Positions 37,875 to 45,729 of a DNA stretch of 64,000 nucleotides are shown here, in pieces. The notes beneath the pieces are model-generated. The model worked only from the letters and a program-made list of their open reading frames with translations. It had not been told where the DNA came from and made no database searches. Position numbers and translations under genes: made by a program. The stretch is taken from NCBI GenBank assembly GCA_963703225.1, contig OY969801.1, positions 416,001 to 480,000 on the forward strand. The letters are read 5' to 3'. This DNA is from Candidatus Eiseniibacteriota bacterium. GTDB taxonomy: Bacteria; Eisenbacteria; RBG-16-71-46; SZUA-252. Position 1 is the stretch's first letter; each line of letters starts with the position of its first letter.

Positions 37875-38649
37875 GATTCTCGGAGACGTTCGCCGCGGTC
37901 GTCTCGGCACGCGGGAGGCTCTCGAGGCTCTCGCCCGGCTCCCGTTCGAGACCGTCGGCCCAGCCTTAGTCGACCACCACCGAAGTCTCCGCCAGCACCT
38001 TCCCGAAGTCATCTATTGCCAGGGAAAGACCGCGCCGCAATGCGTCGCGATCGCGCGCTCGATCGTCAAGAAGAGCGGGCGCTGCCTGGCCACGCGGGCA
38101 TCCCGCGCCCAGGCGGGGTCCCTCCTGGGCGCGTTCGGCGACGAGGCGACCTGGAACGAGGCGGCGCGCGCCGTGGTCATCGAGCGGCGAAAGCGCGCGG
38201 GAAGGCGCTCGGGCCGGCGCCCAGCGCGAACGAGCGGCTCGGTGCTCGTGGTCAGCGCCGGGACCTCGGACCTGCCCGTCGCGGAGGAGGCCGTCGTGAC
38301 CTTGGATTTCATGGGAGTGCCCGTTAGCCGGGTGTACGATGCAGGTGTGGCGGGAATCCACAGGCTTCTCGCCCACATGGGCGCGCTCCGGAGCGCCTCG
38401 GCGGTGGTCGTCGTGGCGGGCATGGAAGGCGCCCTCGCGAGCGTCGTGGGCGGGATCACCGATCGCCCCGTGATCGCGGTTCCGACGAGCGTCGGCTACG
38501 GCGCCTCGTACGGCGGACTGGCGGCGCTCCTCGCGATGTTGAATTCCTGCGCCGCGGGAGTCACCGTGGTCAACATCGACAACGGTTTCGGCGCCGGCTA
38601 CGCCGCCGGCGTCATCGCGCGCCAGTCGAGCGCGAGGAGACGTGCATGA
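37852..38649 (+). CDS. larB: Nickel-pincer cofactor biosynthesis carboxylase
   Basis: PEVIYCQGKT, AGTSDLPVAEEA, GVAGIHRL, AGMEGALASV, PTSVGYG, VVNIDNGFGA. Confidence 0.94.
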   Translation: MDPARLRKILGDVRRGRLGTREALEALARLPFETVGPALVDHHRSLRQHLPEVIYCQGKTAPQCVAIARSIVKKSGRCLATRASRAQAGSLLGAFGDEATWNEAARAVVIERRKRAGRRSGRRPARTSGSVLVVSAGTSDLPVAEEAVVTLDFMGVPVSRVYDAGVAGIHRLLAHMGALRSASAVVVVAGMEGALASVVGGITDRPVIAVPTSVGYGASYGGLAALLAMLNSCAAGVTVVNIDNGFGAGYAAGVIARQSSARRRA

Positions 38650-38671
38650 CGACTTCAGGGGCGGTCCGCGC

Positions 38672-39853
38672 GTGAGCATCGTCTACTTCGACTGCGTCGC
38701 CGGGGCATCGGGCGACATGGTTCTCGGGTCGCTGGTCGCGCTCGGCGCGCCGCTCCAGGAGATCGAGCGAAAGCTGAAGGCCCTCCCGCTCGAGGGATTC
38801 ACCCTCGGCGAGGCGCGGGTAGAGCGCCACGGCTTCGAGGCCTTTCAACTCCAGGTCGAGACGCGGGACACAAAGTCCCATCGTCATTTCACCGAAATCC
38901 GCCGCCTCTTGGAAGGCGCGAAGCTTCCCGAGCGCGTGCTCCGGCGCGCGCTCGGCACGTTCGAGGTGCTCGGCAAGGCCGAGGCGGAGGCGCACGGCGT
39001 GCCGCTCGAGAAGGTGCATTTCCACGAGGTCGGCGCGGTCGACGCGATCGTCGACATCGTCGGCACCGCCTGGGCGCTGGAGCTGCTTGGCGTGGAGCGC
39101 TGCCATGCGTCGGTGATTCCGCAGGGCCGCGGCTTTGTGAAGTCCGCGCACGGGGTGCTGCCCGTGCCGGCGCCGGCGACGCTTCGAATCTTGGAAGGTG
39201 TCGCCGTGCGGGCGACCGAAATCGAAGCGGAGCTGACGACGCCCACCGGCGCCGCGCTCCTCAAGACGCTCTGCGAGACCATCGGCGAACCTGTCGGGAT
39301 CCGACCGCGGAAGATCGGCGTGGCCACCGGCACCCTGGACCTCAAGGAGAGGCCGAACATCCTCCGCGCCATCCTGGGCGATCCGCTCGTCGGCGAGGGC
39401 GCCGGCTCGGTCGAGGTCCTCGAAACCACGATCGACGACATGAACCCGCAACTCTACGGCCACCTGACCGAGGCTCTCTTCGAGAGCGGCGCGGCGGAGG
39501 TCTTTCTCACGCCGGTCCAAATGAAGAAGGGGAGACCCGGCGTCCTGGTCACGGCCCTGTGCGACCCCCGACGCTCCTCCGCGGTGGTCGACCGCCTCTT
39601 CGCGGAATCCTCCACCATCGGCCTCCGCGTGAGGCGGGAGGGGCGGATCGAGCTCCGCCGCTCGATCCAGGAGGTGGAGACTCCCGTCGGACGCGTGCGC
39701 GTCAAGACGATCGTCCTCCCTTCGGGTGAGGAGCGCAGGGTCCCCGAATACGAGGACTTGAGGCGGGTCGCTCAAGCCACCGGTAGGCCGCTCATCGAAA
39801 TCATGGAGGAGGTCCGCGCCCACCTGCTGGAGGGCACCCGGTCCCCAACGTGA
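38672..39853 (+). CDS. larC: Nickel-pincer cofactor nickel insertase
   Basis: GASGDM, VHFHEVGAVDAIVDIVG, AHGVLPVPAPAT, ELTTPTGAA, ETTIDD, MKKGRPG, PEYED. Confidence 0.94.
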   Translation: MSIVYFDCVAGASGDMVLGSLVALGAPLQEIERKLKALPLEGFTLGEARVERHGFEAFQLQVETRDTKSHRHFTEIRRLLEGAKLPERVLRRALGTFEVLGKAEAEAHGVPLEKVHFHEVGAVDAIVDIVGTAWALELLGVERCHASVIPQGRGFVKSAHGVLPVPAPATLRILEGVAVRATEIEAELTTPTGAALLKTLCETIGEPVGIRPRKIGVATGTLDLKERPNILRAILGDPLVGEGAGSVEVLETTIDDMNPQLYGHLTEALFESGAAEVFLTPVQMKKGRPGVLVTALCDPRRSSAVVDRLFAESSTIGLRVRREGRIELRRSIQEVETPVGRVRVKTIVLPSGEERRVPEYEDLRRVAQATGRPLIEIMEEVRAHLLEGTRSPT

Positions 39854-41646
39854 TCCGGCTCGAGGCGGCGACGGCCACGGTTCCGGCGGCCTCGGCCCAC
39901 GACGCCCCTCGTCCCATCCTCCGCGAGCTGAACGCGGAATTCCGGCCCGGCGAGATCCACCTCATCCTCGGGCCGAACGGCGCCGGCAAGACCACCCTGA
40001 TCCGGCTTCTCGCGGGGATGGTGCGGCCGACATCGGGTCGCGTCCTCCACTTTGGGGTCCCCGACGGGCCGGAGCGCGGCCGTTCGCCTCTCTGGCCGCG
40101 CGTCGCGGTTCTCTTCGAGGAACCCGATCCCCAATTCCTCACCGACACGGTCGAGGCCGAGGTCGCCTTTGGGCTCGAGTCCATCGGCCTCCCACCGGAG
40201 AGGATCCGGTCTCGAACGGGAGAGGTGCTCGAGTCGTTCGAGCTCGCGGGCTTCGAGCGACGCGCGCCGCTCTCCTTGAGCGCCGGTGAGAAGGTCCGCG
40301 CGCTCCTGGCCGCCGCGATGGCCGGCCGGCCGAAGGTCCTGCTCATCGACCAAGCATTCGCTCACCTGGATCCGGGCCATCGACGCGCCATCGAGCGTCG
40401 GCTCGTGACCGACGCGCTCTCGAGCGAAAGCACCCTGATTCGAACCCATCAAGATTCTGACTCCCCGCATGCGGGAGAACGGCTCCAGATTCTCGACGGA
40501 GCCCGGCTCGCCGATGCGACAGACCTGTCGCCTTCGTCGGTCCTCGAGGCTGAGCGCGTCGCCCTCCCCCTCCCGATGCGCCTCTCGGCGCTCCTCGCAG
40601 GGCGGGGCATGTGGGACGGGCCCCTCGCGAAGGATTCGATGTCGCTCGCGCTAGGCTTGGGTATTGGGCACTCGTGCGTCGGCGCCGTGCGCTGGGACGA
40701 GTCCCCGGACTGGGGGGGCGTCGCCCTCGCCCCACCGGTCGCGTCGCCCCCCATCCACTCCGGCGACGCGGTGCTCGCGATCCAGGGCGTCGACTACGCG
40801 GCGGGGGGAGGAAGCGCGCGTGCGCCTCTGCTCGACGGAATCTCTCTGGAGTTGCGCGGGGGGGAGGTGGCCGCGTTGGTCGGGGTGAGCGGGTCGGGAA
40901 AGAGCACTCTGCTCAAGCTCGCGGCAGGGCTTCTCGCGCCCACAGCAGGCTCTGTGCGTCGGGCGCTCCCCCGAGGCTCACGAGGGCGATCGACGGGGCT
41001 TGCCCTCGAGTATCCCGAAAGGCAACTCTTTGGACGAACCGTGGAGGAGGACGTGGAAGCGTCTCTCTGGGTCGAGGGCGTGCCCTTGGCCGAGCGTCGA
41101 GCGCGTGGGCGCCAGGCATTGGATCTCGTCGGCCTCGATCCCGATCGGTTTCGTTTGCGCGTTCCGCTCACATTGAGCGAGGGCGAGAAACGGAGGGTGG
41201 CGCTGGCCTCACTTCTCGCGGACCGGCCGAGCGTGATCCTCCTGGACGAGCCGACCGCCGGGCTCGATCCCGGGGGAAGGCGCGCCCTGGTGAGCGCGGT
41301 GCTTGGGTTGAGCGCCGGGGGCCACGCGATCTTGCTGGCGAGCCACGACCTCGACTTCGTCTCCTCGGTCGCCGATCGAGTCTACGTGCTCGGGCGGGAG
41401 AGAGGGGAGCCGGGCTCGACTCTGGCCGCGGGAGCTCCAGCCTCGATCTTCCGCGACCCGGCGCTCCTACGACGCGCGGCGCTTCCGGCGCCCGACTTCC
41501 TCTGGGCCGAGTGGGCGCTCCGTTGCAGAGGACTGCTCGGGGCCGACCCGGTGCGCGACGCCGATTCGCTCCTTTCGGGGCTGGCGCGAGGTCTCGCGGC
41601 CGGGACCGCCGCCGCGACAGGGTCGCGGGCGGCGCTGGACCGATGA
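39850..41646 (+). CDS. ECF/CbiO-type ABC ATPase with two fused nucleotide-binding domains
   Basis: GPNGAGKTT...VEAEVAFGLE...LSAGE; GVSGSGKST...LSEGEKRRVALA...LLDEPTAGLD. Confidence 0.88.
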   Translation: MIRLEAATATVPAASAHDAPRPILRELNAEFRPGEIHLILGPNGAGKTTLIRLLAGMVRPTSGRVLHFGVPDGPERGRSPLWPRVAVLFEEPDPQFLTDTVEAEVAFGLESIGLPPERIRSRTGEVLESFELAGFERRAPLSLSAGEKVRALLAAAMAGRPKVLLIDQAFAHLDPGHRRAIERRLVTDALSSESTLIRTHQDSDSPHAGERLQILDGARLADATDLSPSSVLEAERVALPLPMRLSALLAGRGMWDGPLAKDSMSLALGLGIGHSCVGAVRWDESPDWGGVALAPPVASPPIHSGDAVLAIQGVDYAAGGGSARAPLLDGISLELRGGEVAALVGVSGSGKSTLLKLAAGLLAPTAGSVRRALPRGSRGRSTGLALEYPERQLFGRTVEEDVEASLWVEGVPLAERRARGRQALDLVGLDPDRFRLRVPLTLSEGEKRRVALASLLADRPSVILLDEPTAGLDPGGRRALVSAVLGLSAGGHAILLASHDLDFVSSVADRVYVLGRERGEPGSTLAAGAPASIFRDPALLRRAALPAPDFLWAEWALRCRGLLGADPVRDADSLLSGLARGLAAGTAAATGSRAALDR

Positions 41647-42305
41647 GCAACCAGGCCGCCGTCGATACCTACCTCGGGGGCATGTTCGTCCCGGCCGACC
41701 CGGCGCTCGATGCCGCCCTCGCGGCGAGCGTCGCGGCCGGGCTTCCCGAGATTCAGGTTTCGCCGACCCAGGGGAAGCTCCTCCACATTCTCGCCAAGCT
41801 CCAAGAGACGCGCGCCATCCTCGAAATCGGCACGCTCGGCGGATACAGCGCGATCTGGCTCGCCAGGGCGCTGCTTCCCGGTGGCCGTCTCATCACCCTG
41901 GAGTACGAGCCCAGGCACGCCGACGTCGCGCGCGCCAACGTCGCCCGCGCGGGCCTCGCCGATCGGGTCGAGATCCGTCTCGGGCGCGCACTCGATACGC
42001 TTCCCCAGCTCCAAGCCGAAGGCCTTGGTCCCTTCGACCTCGTCTTCATCGACGCCGACAAGCCGTCGAATCCCGACTATTTCGCCTGGGCGCTCAAGCT
42101 CACCCGGCGCGGCGCCCTCATCATCGTGGATAACGTCGTGCGAGACGGCCGCGTCGTCGAGGCGACGAGCGCCGATCTCAATGTGCAGGGGAGCCGCCGG
42201 GTGCTGGAACTGATGGCCGCGGAGCCCCGGGTGAGCGCCACGGCGATCCAGACCGTGGGCGTCAAGGGGTGGGACGGGTTGGCGGTCGCGGTGGTGATTG
42301 GCTAG
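41643..42305 (+). CDS. SAM-dependent O-methyltransferase (Methyltransf_3)
   Basis: LEIGTLGGYS, FDLVFIDADK, IVDNVVRDG, KGWDG; ATGA overlap. Confidence 0.92.
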   Translation: MSNQAAVDTYLGGMFVPADPALDAALAASVAAGLPEIQVSPTQGKLLHILAKLQETRAILEIGTLGGYSAIWLARALLPGGRLITLEYEPRHADVARANVARAGLADRVEIRLGRALDTLPQLQAEGLGPFDLVFIDADKPSNPDYFAWALKLTRRGALIIVDNVVRDGRVVEATSADLNVQGSRRVLELMAAEPRVSATAIQTVGVKGWDGLAVAVVIG

Positions 42306-42373
42306 AGTGGAGCAACGGCGGATCCCCACACGCTTTCAGTGCCGGTTGACCGCTTCAAGAAATGGGAGGCTCG

Positions 42374-42829
42374 ATGTACCGGACGGCTGCAGCCCTCATC
42401 GCACTTGTCACCTTCTTATCCATCCTGACCGCCGACGCCAAGGAAAAGCTCGATCTCCGCGGCCAGGTGTTCGCGGCGGAGAGCACCTTCGCGCACACGC
42501 TGGCGGTCCGCGACTTTGAGGCCTTCGGGTCCCACGTGGCCACCGATGCCATTTTCTTTGGCCGCCGAGGGGTGATGCACGGAAAGGCGGAGGTCGTGGC
42601 CGGCTGGAAGCCCCTTTTCGAGGGACCCAAGGCCCCATTTTCCTGGCGCCCCGAGGTGGTCGAAGTGCTCGAGTCGGGTACGCTCGCCCACAGCAGCGGG
42701 CCGGTCATGGATCCAGACGGAAAGGTGTTCGGCACGTTCAATTCGGTCTGGCGGCTCGACGCCGACGGACGGTGGCGCGTGGTCTTCGACAAGGGCTGCC
42801 CCGTCTGCGACAGCACGCGCGCGCAGTAG
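42374..42829 (+). CDS. Exported NTF2/DUF4440-like protein
   Basis: GGGAGG SD; signal peptide; FSWRPEVVEV, FNSVWR..DGRWRVVFDKG. Confidence 0.8.
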   Translation: MYRTAAALIALVTFLSILTADAKEKLDLRGQVFAAESTFAHTLAVRDFEAFGSHVATDAIFFGRRGVMHGKAEVVAGWKPLFEGPKAPFSWRPEVVEVLESGTLAHSSGPVMDPDGKVFGTFNSVWRLDADGRWRVVFDKGCPVCDSTRAQ

Positions 42830-43414
42830 ATGAAGATCACCTTCTTTCGATCTCCTTCCGACTTCCGGAAATGGCTCGCGGCGCATCACCGCACCGCCGT
42901 CGAGCTCTGGGTCGGATTCCACAAGAGAGGCACCGGTAGGCCGAGCATCACCTGGCCGGAAGCCGTCGACCAAGCTCTCTGCTTCGGCTGGATCGATGGA
43001 GTTCGGAAGAGCGTTGACGAAACCAGCTATTCCATCCGCTTCACCCCGCGCAGGGAGGGGAGCATCTGGAGCGCCGTCAACATCAAGCGCGTGCGGAACC
43101 TTCGCGAGGAAGGACTGATGAGGCCCGAGGGAATCCGCGCGTTCGAGCGAAGGAGAGAGAACAAGTCGGGCGTCTACTCCTACGAGCAGAGAGGCGAGTC
43201 CCTGCCCAAGCCGTACGAGGGACCGATCAAGAAGAACAAGGCCGCGTGGGCATTCTTTCAAGCCCAGCCCCCGTGGTACCGAAAGGTGACCAGCTGGTGG
43301 GTGGTCAGCGCCAAGAGGGAAGAGACGAGGCTCAAGCGGCTGGCAAAGTTGATCGAGGATTCCGCTCAGGGGCGGAGGATCGGTCTGGTCGACCCCAAGG
43401 GGCAGGCGAAATGA
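42830..43414 (+). CDS. YdeI/OmdA-associated family protein
   Basis: FRKWLAAHH, ALCFGWIDG, RFTPRR..SIWS, SAKREETRLKRL. Confidence 0.9.
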   Translation: MKITFFRSPSDFRKWLAAHHRTAVELWVGFHKRGTGRPSITWPEAVDQALCFGWIDGVRKSVDETSYSIRFTPRREGSIWSAVNIKRVRNLREEGLMRPEGIRAFERRRENKSGVYSYEQRGESLPKPYEGPIKKNKAAWAFFQAQPPWYRKVTSWWVVSAKREETRLKRLAKLIEDSAQGRRIGLVDPKGQAK

Positions 43415-43424
43415 GAGGAGAATC

Positions 43425-44312
43425 GTGACCATGAGAACCCCAAGTCTCCCTCTCGTGCTTCTCCTAGCCCTCTCCCTCATCGTGGCAGGGGCGGCCCTGC
43501 CCAGGTTCCTCCTGGCCCAGGCGGAATACTCCTCGGCGCAGCTGCGGGACCGAGGGCCCGGGCTCCCGACCTCCGCGTTCGGGACCTACGTCCGAGGGGA
43601 CCAGCTCTTGGTCTACCCGTTCTTCGCGTACACGCTCGATCGCAACCGGGAGTACCAGCCCGATCAATTCGGCGTCGGAGGCGATGTGGATTTCCGCGGC
43701 AAGTACTGGAGCACGGAGACGGGGGTCATGCTCTGCTACGGCGTGAGGAACTGGCTCGCGCTCGAGTTCACGACCGCCTACATGAAAGCATCCCTCGAGA
43801 AATCCCCTGACGATACATACCCCGTCCCACAGACGACCGTGGAGTCGGGGCTCGGTGATGTCGAGGGCCAGGTTCGCGTCCGCTGCTTCAGGGAGACAGC
43901 CCGTTATCCTGAGATGTACGCCTACATGGAAGTCACCGCTCCGACACAGCAAGATAAGGTCTTGATCGGCGACACGGAGTGGGACTTCAAGCCTGGAATC
44001 GGCTTCTCGAGGAGCTTCTCGTGGGGCACGATGTCGGCGCGGACCACGGGGGAATGGAACCACAGCGAGGCGAAGGTGGACTTTGGGGAAACTTCGATCG
44101 AGTACTTGAAACGCCTCTCCACCTCGTGGCAGATGTTCGTGGGCTTCGAGGGAGGCGAGGGGGGACCGTTCGACGAATGGCACATCGTATCCGACGTGGC
44201 GTGGTGGTTCTCGGACAACGTGTCCCTCAAGCTCGACAACACGTTCGGGATCTCTTCCAAGGCCAACGACTGGGAGCCGCAGATCGGCATCCTGTTCTCG
44301 TCGCTGCCTTAG
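43425..44312 (+). CDS. Outer-membrane beta-barrel, transporter-like family
   Basis: GAGGAG SD; signal peptide; GLGDVEG, APTQQDKVLIGD, aromatic-rich amphipathic strands. Confidence 0.65.
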   Translation: MTMRTPSLPLVLLLALSLIVAGAALPRFLLAQAEYSSAQLRDRGPGLPTSAFGTYVRGDQLLVYPFFAYTLDRNREYQPDQFGVGGDVDFRGKYWSTETGVMLCYGVRNWLALEFTTAYMKASLEKSPDDTYPVPQTTVESGLGDVEGQVRVRCFRETARYPEMYAYMEVTAPTQQDKVLIGDTEWDFKPGIGFSRSFSWGTMSARTTGEWNHSEAKVDFGETSIEYLKRLSTSWQMFVGFEGGEGGPFDEWHIVSDVAWWFSDNVSLKLDNTFGISSKANDWEPQIGILFSSLP

Positions 44313-44389
44313 GGTTCGGAACGCCCGTACATTGTCCGTCATCGGCGTCAGCGTGGCCCTCATTCTGACCGGATGGAGGTGATAGCTAA

Positions 44390-44914
44390 GTGGCCTCGGT
44401 GGTCTTCATGCGCGGCGTCAACGTCGGCGGTCACAAGGCATTCCGACCCAGCGAGCTTGCGAGCCGTCTCTCGTCGCTCGACGTGGTGAGCATCGGCGCG
44501 GCGGGCACCTTCGTGGTGCGCGCCAGTGCGGGGACCGCGAAGATTCGAAACAGCTTCCTGAAGCAAATCCCGTTTGAGACCGAGCTGATGATCTGCCCCG
44601 CGCGGGAGGTCCTGAACCTTGTCGAGACAAACCCCTTCGCCGTTCGCTTGCTCCCGCCAGCCGATGGGCAGTTCATCAGCGTGATCGAGGAGCGCCCTCG
44701 GACGATTCCCAAGCTCCCGCTCCGCGTCCCGGAGGGAGCGACAGCCTGGCAGGTCAGCGTGATCGCCATCCAAGGGTGCTTCGTCGCGACCTTGATGAGG
44801 AGGGTGGGACGGAAGCTGCTCTACCCGAATGAGGTCGTGGAGAAGGGGCTCGGCGTTGCGGCCACGACACGCGGCTGGCCCACGATTCTCAAGGTTCGTG
44901 AAGCGTTGTGCTAG
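44390..44914 (+). CDS. DUF1697-family protein
   Basis: VVFMRGVNVGGHK N-terminus; EKGLGVAATTRGWPT C-terminus; GGAGGTG SD. Confidence 0.82.
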   Translation: MASVVFMRGVNVGGHKAFRPSELASRLSSLDVVSIGAAGTFVVRASAGTAKIRNSFLKQIPFETELMICPAREVLNLVETNPFAVRLLPPADGQFISVIEERPRTIPKLPLRVPEGATAWQVSVIAIQGCFVATLMRRVGRKLLYPNEVVEKGLGVAATTRGWPTILKVREALC

Positions 44915-44941
44915 CATCGCGATTCGCCGAAAGCACTTCCA

Positions 44942-45232
44942 GATCCGGCCGATGCCACGCAGCCCTACGAGCTGATGGGGAAGGTCATCGCGACCGGGGG
45001 AGATGGGGTGAGCGCGGAGAAGATGCAGGACCAGATCATGGACAAGGCGCAGAAGAAGGGCGCCGACGCGGTGGTGATCACGGGACTCGAGCGCTACAAG
45101 AGCGGCGAGAACACGAACTACAACGAGACCACGAAGCAGAAGGATCCCAAGACGACCACGACGTCCGGGGGCTCATCGACCGACAGCAAGAGCGAGAAGC
45201 AGATCACCGCGCTCTTCCTCAAGTACAAGTAA
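44942..45232 (+). pseudogene. 5'-truncated YbjQ-like/lipoprotein gene fragment
   Basis: QPYELMGKV...KAQKKGADAVVI pattern with strong host codon bias; frame closed by TAG 44912-44914, with no signal peptide or SD. Confidence 0.55.
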
Positions 45233-45266
45233 CGCGGGGCAGGGCCCGGGTGAATTTCCCGCGATC

Positions 45267-45698
45267 TCAGTCATCCATGTGCGAGTCGAGGACCTTCCAG
45301 CCGATCTTGCCGCCCAACCCGACCTCGTAGCGGAGCACCGCGTGGATGAGGTAGTGGCCGTCCTCCGCGGGGGCGTAGACGTACCTCCCGGGCAAGAGAA
45401 TCATCCCCGCCTTGTCGTAGAAGCGCATCTCCCCGCCCACCCCGCTCTCGAACTGGATCAGATCTTCCTGGGCGGAGAGGTCGGACCTGAGCGCGGCGAC
45501 GGGATCGTCCAGACCCAGCTTCTTCATCCTCGTGATCTCGAAGTCCTCCAGGTAGACGCGGGGATGGGCGGGTTGAAGCGAGAGATGCTCGGCGCGCGCG
45601 GCTCGCTGCTCGGCGAGCTGCCAGCGGATACCGAAGAAAATCGCGGCGGCCAGGCTCAACACGAGGCCCATCAGGAGTACCCGGTTTCCGCGCATCAT
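45267..45698 (-). CDS. Hypothetical membrane-anchored protein
   Basis: AAGGAGG SD; MMRGNRVLLMGLVLSLAAAIFFG TM; host-like codon usage. Confidence 0.7.
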   Translation of the reverse strand: MMRGNRVLLMGLVLSLAAAIFFGIRWQLAEQRAARAEHLSLQPAHPRVYLEDFEITRMKKLGLDDPVAALRSDLSAQEDLIQFESGVGGEMRFYDKAGMILLPGRYVYAPAEDGHYLIHAVLRYEVGLGGKIGWKVLDSHMDD

Positions 45699-45729
45699 CC
45701 CCTCCTTGGACGCGGGCGCCGGCCGCCCG

